From Candidatus Spyradenecus sp. (GTDB lineage: Bacteria; Verrucomicrobiota; Verrucomicrobiia; Opitutales; UBA953), in NCBI GenBank assembly GCA_045535075.1, contig JAZSKX010000017.1, forward strand, positions 64,001-128,000: a stretch of 64,000 nt of DNA, in the 5' to 3' direction. Under the pieces are notes generated by a model that searched no databases, had not been told where the DNA came from, and was given only the letters and a program-made list of their open reading frames with translations. Positions 57,858 to 64,000 of the stretch are shown in pieces. Made by a program: the position numbers and the translations under genes. The first letter of the stretch is position 1; each line of letters begins with the position of its first letter.

Positions 57858-59471
57858 TTAATTTCTACGACGCCAAATTGCGACAAGGAGCCCCAAGAAA
57901 ATCACTCCTGCGGGAACGGCGGCAAACGCCCACCCGACGCGCATTAAATCCGGCATCGAAACGTTGAGATTAAAATCGGAAATCGGACGCGGCGGAATGT
58001 TTAAGTAAACTTCCCGGTCGACGAGCCAATTGACAATATTGAGCAAAAACGCCTTGTTCCCGCCGTTTTCAAGCTGAGCATTGGAAGCCAAATCCGCCGC
58101 TCCGAGCACGACAAGACGCCCGCCCGGAATCGCAAAGCCCAAGCGCATTCCCGCAATCCGCTCCGACACGGCGGCGACGCAAACCGGACCGGGAATGTCG
58201 CCGCGGTTTTCGTTGTAGGTATAAGGCGGAAGGCGATAATCACGCTCGCCCCAACTCGACGGCGTATCCCCCGAAATGCCGTTGGAGGAAAATACAAGCT
58301 GTGTAACTTTGCGCGTCGCGTCTTCCTGAGAACCGATATCTTTGCGGACTTCACGGAACTGCGACGCGACAAGCGGGATTTTCTGATTGGCAAGGATTTC
58401 GGAAAGTTTGTGCGGCTCGGCGCCGATAAGACTCATCGCCACGTTCCCGTTGTACTGCAATTTCGACGCGTCCGTTTCGACAACGAAATTATCCATGAGC
58501 TGGATTCCCCAGTCGAAAAGCAAATCATCGAGCCCGGGATTTACGCCGGGGCCCGTCAGCAACAGCACGCGCCCGTTGCGTTCCCGCAGGTAACGCGCGA
58601 TTTTTTCTTCATTTCGCGGACTAATCGGAATACGGGGATTCGCGATTAGAAGCATTGACGCATCGGCGGGAACGTCTTCGTAGCGCGAAAGCTCCAAGGG
58701 GACGAGTTTAATTTGGCGCCCGCGCAGTTGGTCGGCAAACGCGGAAAGGCCGAATCGACGGTCCGTCCCGTCAATCGCGGCTTCGCCGTCGCCGACAAGC
58801 GAATAGACGACGGGAACGGTATTGTCGGCGACTTTAAGAATCGCAGACATCAGGGCTTCCTCGCCGCGAAACGCATCGACGTCGTTAGGGTTGTTTGCGG
58901 CGTCGCGTTTAATCTTAAGCAAATCTCCGGAACTAATCGTACTGCACCGCGTACGGGAAAGAACGACAATCGCCGTATTGTCGGCAATTCGCGTCGTTCC
59001 CGTCGTACTTTTCTTTTCAATCTCCGCCGCAAGCCGCGTATTTTTTTGCAAATCGGTCTCTTCGAAACGAATAAACCCCGGAACGTTGAACGAATTCGCC
59101 TTGTACTTAAAATTGTCCACCAATCCGATAATGCGGCGGCGCATCATATTTTTGACATAAGCTTCTTCTCGGGAATCACCGGCGCTAGCCTGCGGGAAGG
59201 TAACCACAACCCGAATCCACGGATTCCCTGCAGTTGTGTCGGCGGGAGCCTTTTTTACCAACGACTCCAAAAACATCCCCGTTTCAAGGGAAAGCGTGTG
59301 GCTTTTGTGTTCGTCGAGATCCCACCGCGCCTGAAACGCGGGAAGTGCCGCGAGATAATTGAGCCCTCCGACCAAAAGCACGGCGAGGATAATTTGCGCG
59401 AAGAGATTAAGCCCGCGGAAAAGGCGAACGGTTTTAAAATCTTCAAACTTAAAAAAACGAAACCGCTTCAT
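57858..59471 (-). CDS. GldG-family ABC transporter auxiliary/substrate-binding protein
   Basis: RWDL...TLS, FRGEEALMSAI, GDGE, NKAFLLNIVNWL, C-terminal TM-WRRR. Start may be 59501 instead. Confidence 0.8.
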   Translation of the reverse strand: MKRFRFFKFEDFKTVRLFRGLNLFAQIILAVLLVGGLNYLAALPAFQARWDLDEHKSHTLSLETGMFLESLVKKAPADTTAGNPWIRVVVTFPQASAGDSREEAYVKNMMRRRIIGLVDNFKYKANSFNVPGFIRFEETDLQKNTRLAAEIEKKSTTGTTRIADNTAIVVLSRTRCSTISSGDLLKIKRDAANNPNDVDAFRGEEALMSAILKVADNTVPVVYSLVGDGEAAIDGTDRRFGLSAFADQLRGRQIKLVPLELSRYEDVPADASMLLIANPRIPISPRNEEKIARYLRERNGRVLLLTGPGVNPGLDDLLFDWGIQLMDNFVVETDASKLQYNGNVAMSLIGAEPHKLSEILANQKIPLVASQFREVRKDIGSQEDATRKVTQLVFSSNGISGDTPSSWGERDYRLPPYTYNENRGDIPGPVCVAAVSERIAGMRLGFAIPGGRLVVLGAADLASNAQLENGGNKAFLLNIVNWLVDREVYLNIPPRPISDFNLNVSMPDLMRVGWAFAAVPAGVIFLGLLVAIWRRRN

Positions 59472-59481
59472 CAGAGCCCCT

Positions 59482-60249
59482 CTATGCTTTCGATTCGACA
59501 TTGATTACAGTCAGTCCAAGCGCCAACGCCGCGCCGCTCACAAACAGGAAAAACGGACGCGAATCAATCAACCCGCCGTAGAAATTTTCCAGATGCTTAA
59601 ACGTTCGCAGATACTCTGCGGGCGATTGCAACCAGGCAAGCGACTCATAAACATCCAGCGGGAGCATTTGCAAAAGCCCGCCCGCGACGATGAGGATGAA
59701 GAGCGCACACGACGTCAGCAGTCCCGCAACGAGCATACTGCGCGTAAGACTGCTTGCGAGAATTCCCGCCGCGATGTAAAGCAATCCGCTGAGAGCGACG
59801 AAAAGCGCCCCGCCTTTGAGCGAACTCAAGGCGAGCAAGCGCGGATCCGGGCAAAAATCCTTCAGCATCCACCATGCAATCACGGGAAAAAGCAAGGCAA
59901 GCGCCCACAAAACAATGTAGAGAAAATACGCGGCAGCGAATTTTCCCATGACAATGGCAAACGGGCTTGTCGGCGTCGTCATCAGAGCGCCGAGCGTTCC
60001 CGCGCGGCGTTCTTCCGCGAACGAACGCATCGTAATCAGCGGAACAAGAATGAAAAGCGGCACCCAAAACAGATAGAAATAGCTTTCGACGGGAAGCATT
60101 TCCAAGCCTTTTTGCATCGTCGCCTGCTGGAGCGCGAACCAATAAATCCCGCCCATCAGACAAAGAAACAGCGTTCCCGCAACATACGTTGACGGCGTGA
60201 TAAAAAGCAACCGAAGTTCGTGTCGGAAAAGTGTTAGAAAGTGCTTCAT
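59482..60249 (-). CDS. GldF-like ABC transporter permease
   Basis: PLITMRSFAEERRAGTLGALMTTP, multiple TM segments. Confidence 0.87.
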   Translation of the reverse strand: MKHFLTLFRHELRLLFITPSTYVAGTLFLCLMGGIYWFALQQATMQKGLEMLPVESYFYLFWVPLFILVPLITMRSFAEERRAGTLGALMTTPTSPFAIVMGKFAAAYFLYIVLWALALLFPVIAWWMLKDFCPDPRLLALSSLKGGALFVALSGLLYIAAGILASSLTRSMLVAGLLTSCALFILIVAGGLLQMLPLDVYESLAWLQSPAEYLRTFKHLENFYGGLIDSRPFFLFVSGAALALGLTVINVESKA

Positions 60250-61232
60250 GCCTTGTTCGGAATAGTGTCCACAATATCGTAAGTGCGCCGCGTCGCAGCG
60301 ATGAAAATATCTTCAAGACTCGGAATACATTCGTGAAATTCGAAAACCCGGATTCCCGACGCACGTATCTTCTCGAGAAAATCGCCGCCCGTGTTTTCCG
60401 CGGGAACTTGCGCAACAAAGCGTTGCGGCGTTCCCGTAGCCGGAAGCTCCTCGACGGAACCGATGCCGAACGCATCCTTCAACTGCTCCTTCGACGCCTC
60501 GGCAACAATTTCAAAACGCCGCGTCTTCACAAATTCCCGACGCAAATCTTCAGGCGTTCCCGAAGCAACAATGTGCCCTTGGTTGATGATGATGACGCGG
60601 TCGCAGACGTTCTCGATTTCGGGAAGGATGTGCGAAGAAATCAACACAGCTTTTTTCCCGCGTAAGCTACGGATGAGCGAACGGATTCCCAGAATCTGGT
60701 GCGGGTCAAGCCCGATAGTCGGTTCATCAAGAATGATAACATCCGGCTCGGAAAGTAACGCATCCGCGATTCCGACGCGTTGGCGAAATCCTTTCGAGAG
60801 CGAGCCGATTAACTTGCGCCGGGCGCTTCGTGCGAGGTCGCAAGCCGCCATCACGGATTCGACGCGGGAACGCAATTCCTTCTCGGGAACGTCTTTCAGG
60901 CGCGCGCGCCAACGCAGATACTCGATAACGCGCAATTCCTCCGGCAAAGGATTGTTTTCCGGCATATACCCGAGATGCGATTTCGTATGAAACGCGTCCC
61001 GCGAAACCGAAATGCCGCAAATGCGCGCAACCCCGGAATTCGCCGGCTGGAGCCCGGCAAGGATGCGCATCGTCGTCGATTTTCCCGCTCCGTTCGGACC
61101 GAGAAACCCGACGACTTCACCGCGTTTCACGGTAAAAGAAACATCGGAAATTGCCTTGTACGCGCCGTAATTTTTACAAAGCCCGCGAACATAAATGGCA
61201 TTTTCGGCAGCGCTTTTTTCGGGATCGCTCAT
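60246..61232 (-). CDS. GldA-like ABC transporter ATP-binding protein
   Basis: GPNGAGKSTT, LSKGFRQRVG, ILDEPTIGLDP, SSHILPE. Confidence 0.92.
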   Translation of the reverse strand: MSDPEKSAAENAIYVRGLCKNYGAYKAISDVSFTVKRGEVVGFLGPNGAGKSTTMRILAGLQPANSGVARICGISVSRDAFHTKSHLGYMPENNPLPEELRVIEYLRWRARLKDVPEKELRSRVESVMAACDLARSARRKLIGSLSKGFRQRVGIADALLSEPDVIILDEPTIGLDPHQILGIRSLIRSLRGKKAVLISSHILPEIENVCDRVIIINQGHIVASGTPEDLRREFVKTRRFEIVAEASKEQLKDAFGIGSVEELPATGTPQRFVAQVPAENTGGDFLEKIRASGIRVFEFHECIPSLEDIFIAATRRTYDIVDTIPNKA

Positions 61233-61244
61233 GATGCGGAAAAA

Positions 61245-61997
61245 TTATTGCCGGGTTTCGGGAGCGGACGGCTCCGAAGCGGCTTCGATGAGGCGCGGAT
61301 CAATGCGAAGAAGACTTTGCTTCTGCGCATGCCACATATTTTGCGGCGAAAGCGCGCGATCCATCTCGTTGAGCCAGGTGCGCGCGGTGTCTAAATCATC
61401 CTTGGCAAGCGCAGTTACGGCGAGATTATACATCGCCTGCCCTCGAATCGTTTCGTCCGTTTCGAGCGTTCCCGCGAGCGCCGCAAGTAGCGCAAGCGCT
61501 TCGTCCTGCTTGCCGAGTTTTTGAAGCGAGGCGGCTTCAGCGAGCTTTGCGCGATCACGCGGCATCGCGAATTCCGTTCCCGCAAGCGCCGCAAAAACAG
61601 TCGCAGCTGAGCGGTAATCTTCAGCGGCTTCGGCGTATTTTCCTTCACGGAAAAGATTGTTGCCGAGCGCAAAGAAAATCGTTCCCGCCATCGGATCCGC
61701 CGTATTCTCACACGCAAACGCACGCCGTTCGTCGTCGGTCTTCAAGGCGGCGTAATCGTTTTGCAAAGAAACCACATGCATCTTTTTTGCCTGCGTGTAA
61801 ACAATCACCGCAAGCGCCGCAAAGAAAATCAACGTTGCAATCGCAATCGTTTTCTTCCCGTGGCGACGCCAAAAGAGCCAAACTTTATCTTCAAAATCGG
61901 CATCCTGAAAATCGTCATCGACCAAAACCAAATTGCGGTCGTCGCCGGCAGAACCCTTAAATTTTTGTTTTTCGTTACGGATAGCTTTTTTTGCCAT
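61245..61997 (-). CDS. YfgM-like membrane-anchored TPR protein
   Basis: FEDKVWLFWRRHGK followed by a TM segment and TPR-like helices. Confidence 0.65.
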   Translation of the reverse strand: MAKKAIRNEKQKFKGSAGDDRNLVLVDDDFQDADFEDKVWLFWRRHGKKTIAIATLIFFAALAVIVYTQAKKMHVVSLQNDYAALKTDDERRAFACENTADPMAGTIFFALGNNLFREGKYAEAAEDYRSAATVFAALAGTEFAMPRDRAKLAEAASLQKLGKQDEALALLAALAGTLETDETIRGQAMYNLAVTALAKDDLDTARTWLNEMDRALSPQNMWHAQKQSLLRIDPRLIEAASEPSAPETRQ

Positions 61998-62248
61998 AAA
62001 AATAGAAACTTTCTGATTCCTAATAAAACATTCCAAAAGCCCGCTCCCGTCAATAGAACGTTTGCGGGAACGAAGTGTTTGCGGGCAAGCAGACTTCGCC
62101 TGTTGAAGCCGGCATAAGACGAGAAGAAGAGACGGCAGGTTTTGCGTGGCAAATTCTGTGAAAACAAAGACAAATCACGCATTTAGAAGAGCAACGCGTT
62201 ATCCGTTTTGGAGCGGTCTTTCCCGAAACGTTTCATTGCATTATGAAA

Positions 62249-62277
62249 CGTTCCCGCAGGAAGGTCCTACGGGAACG
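62249..62277. terminator. Hairpin from an inverted motif pair after the PEP-CTERM gene
   Basis: CGTTCCCGCAGGA-agg-TCCTACGGGAACG. Confidence 0.7.
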
Positions 62278-62309
62278 CACTTAATTATTACGAATTAATA
62301 CATCAAAAA

Positions 62310-62968
62310 TTATTTGCGGCGGCGTGTGCCGACGAACAGTAACGCGCTCAAGCCCGCAAGCAAACCGAACGCCGACGGCTCGGGAACGGCGGTAACGTTC
62401 AAGCGAATCCACGGGAGATAGTCTGAGGAGCCTCCGGTATAACCGACACCCGAATTATTGTCATCGACTTTTTTACTCCAAAGATAATACGCAGGATCTC
62501 CGCTCTCGGCGACAAATTTGAATGTGTAAGTTTTGTCGGTTTCGAGAATGAGACCGTCAAAACTAAACGTTGAGGCATATCCTCCGGCATTATTACTGTC
62601 ATTCGCCCCCGAAGCCGCTTGTGCCGTGAGAATCTCTTTTGACTTAGCGATTAATTCTTCTCCATCGAAAACCTCTATTTTTGTCGCGTTCGCCTCAGTG
62701 GAATCGTAGTAACCGCCAGATGCGGTCAAATTGAGCTGAATCCCGTTCAAATAGTAATCAAGAGAAGAATCAATTTTAAAATCTGCGGAACTATTGTCCG
62801 TGAATCCGCTCCAACCAAGGGAAAGCGTGAACGCATTTCCGGAATTTTTTATCCAAACATTGGTTCCGGAAGTACCGGATTCCGTTCGTCCGATATAGTC
62901 AACGGATTCCGCGTTCGCAAAAGCGGTTCCCGTTGCAAGGAGAGCCGCAAGTGTAATGATTTTTTCAT
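62310..62968 (-). pseudogene. PEP-CTERM surface protein, frameshifted in an A6 run after the start codon (219 aa if A7)
   Basis: ATG 62968 followed by AAAAAA is one base out of frame with IITLAALLATGTAFANA...VPEPSAFGLLAGLSALLFVGTRRRK. As written, the ATG frame stops after 39 aa. Confidence 0.78.
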
Positions 62969-63001
62969 AGTTTTCTGAGTTGTGTTATTAAAAAAGGTCT
63001 T

Positions 63002-63027
63002 ATTTTACCCCCCCTAAAAGTTGTCAA
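63002..63027 (-). promoter_or_regulatory. sigma70-type promoter with G7 homopolymer spacer (candidate phase-variable)
   Basis: Minus strand: TTGACA-ACTTTTA-GGGGGGG-TAAAAT, 14-bp spacer. Confidence 0.8.
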
Positions 63028-63150
63028 TTACCATTTTGAAGCGTTTCAAGGGACATTTTGCACGAGCGAATCAGGCTTCAATTTTCGAATAAAATCCGCG
63101 CGTTCCCGCGCGTTTCAAAGGCGAAAAATTTCCGCGTCCATGCGCAGGAA

Positions 63151-63192
63151 CACGAAAAAGCCCGCGAACCTTTGATTCGCGGGCTTTTGAAA
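63151..63192 (-). terminator. Terminator hairpin after tRNA-Glu
   Basis: Minus strand: AAAAGCCCGCGAA-tcaaagg-TTCGCGGGCTTTTT. Confidence 0.82.
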
Positions 63193-63193
63193 G

Positions 63194-63271
63194 TGGCGCC
63201 CCTTCAGGGATTCGAACCCTGGTCGCCTCAGTGAAAGCGAGGTGTCCTAGGCCGGGCTAGACGAAAGGGGC
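63194..63271 (-). tRNA. tRNA-Glu(TTC)
   Basis: GCCCCTT acceptor stem, CCTCG-CTTTCAC-TGAGG anticodon arm, TTCGAAT T-loop, encoded CCA. Confidence 0.95.
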
Positions 63272-63416
63272 GTTTTGTTCAAACGCGTTGTTTAAACTGT
63301 GAGAAAGAGCATCGCATAAAATTTATTTCTCGTCAACTAAAAATTAAAAAATATTTTTACATTAAAATTGTTGACAGTTTCGCGTATTTCAGTTCTGATG
63401 AGAAATACATTTTTGA

Positions 63417-63491
63417 TGCCCAGTAGCTCAGCGGAAGAGCAGTTGACTGTTAATCAATTGGTCGTAGGTTCGATCCCTACCTGGGCAGCCA
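63417..63491 (+). tRNA. tRNA-Asn(GTT)
   Basis: TGCCCAG acceptor stem, GTTGA-CTGTTAA-TCAAT anticodon arm, TTCGATC T-loop, encoded CCA. Confidence 0.95.
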
Positions 63492-63496
63492 CTTTT

Positions 63497-63521
63497 AAGC
63501 CTGCGTTTTGCAGGCTTTTTT
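63497..63521 (+). terminator. Terminator after tRNA-Asn
   Basis: AAGCCTGC-gtttt-GCAGGCTT followed by a T-run. Confidence 0.82.
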
Positions 63522-63575
63522 GTTTGCGATTTGCCTTTAAGCATTTCCCTTCTCGGCGTAGCGTTAACGGGTAGT

Positions 63576-64000
63576 ATGAATAGCCAAGATTTTAGAATTG
63601 TTGTGCTTTGCGGCGCGCGTTCGCCGGAGCGCGAAGTGTCGATTCGCTCGGGAACGGCGTGCGCGGAAGCTCTGTGCGAAAATTTTCCGGAGATTGAATT
63701 GCGAGTTCTCGAAGAAAACACGCTCCCTGCGGATTTAAATCCGCAGCGCGATGTGATTTTTCCGGTAATTCACGGCGACTACGGAGAAGACGGAGAGATT
63801 CAGCGAGATTTGGAAGCGCGCGGATTCGCCTATGCCGGATGCGATTCCTCAGCGAGCGAAATTTGTATTGATAAATCCATTACAAAAAAAGTGATGCGGG
63901 AACACGGCGTTCCCGTGACGGACGATATCTCATTTTCGGCAAATGCACGGCCGGACGCGGAATCCGTTGTTGCGAGCCTCGGAGAATCACTTGTCGTAAA
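63576..64000 (+). CDS. ddl: D-alanine--D-alanine ligase, partial; runs off the window end
   Basis: Manual translation: MNSQDFRIVVLCGARSPEREVSIRSG...FPVIHGDYGEDGEIQ...CIDK. Confidence 0.9.
   Translation, partial: MNSQDFRIVVLCGARSPEREVSIRSGTACAEALCENFPEIELRVLEENTLPADLNPQRDVIFPVIHGDYGEDGEIQRDLEARGFAYAGCDSSASEICIDKSITKKVMREHGVPVTDDISFSANARPDAESVVASLGESLVV

Overview
A 64 kb chromosomal window, roughly 53% GC by eye. Gene content suggests a PVC-superphylum bacterium, most likely a host-associated Verrucomicrobiota (Opitutales-like); this is inferred from PEP-CTERM proteins, an H-X9-DG-type prepilin and the murD-LysM-ftsW-murG order. Housekeeping genes include purM, thiL, rpiB, glyA, lspA, metY, gltA, murD, ftsW, murG, ptsH and a partial ddl. 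The window also has four tRNAs, a GldA/F/G-DUF4340 ABC operon, a two-component system, a ~20 kb cluster of three large autotransporters (one a kexin-like S8 protease) and three PEP-CTERM surface proteins. No CRISPR, IS element or prophage was seen. Two signals stand out. (1) A non-palindromic motif, RCGGGAACG / CGTTCCCGY, is heavily over-represented in genes and between them, and repeatedly forms inverted-pair terminators, as Neisseria DUS and Pasteurellaceae USS DNA-uptake sequences do. (2) Two PEP-CTERM genes share a promoter TTGACA-A(A/C)TTTTA-Gn-TARAAT whose poly-G tract sets the -35/-10 spacing (G8=15 bp, G7=14 bp; G10 would give 17 bp). This is a candidate phase-variable surface-protein repertoire, and one of the two genes also has a poly-A frameshift just after its ATG.
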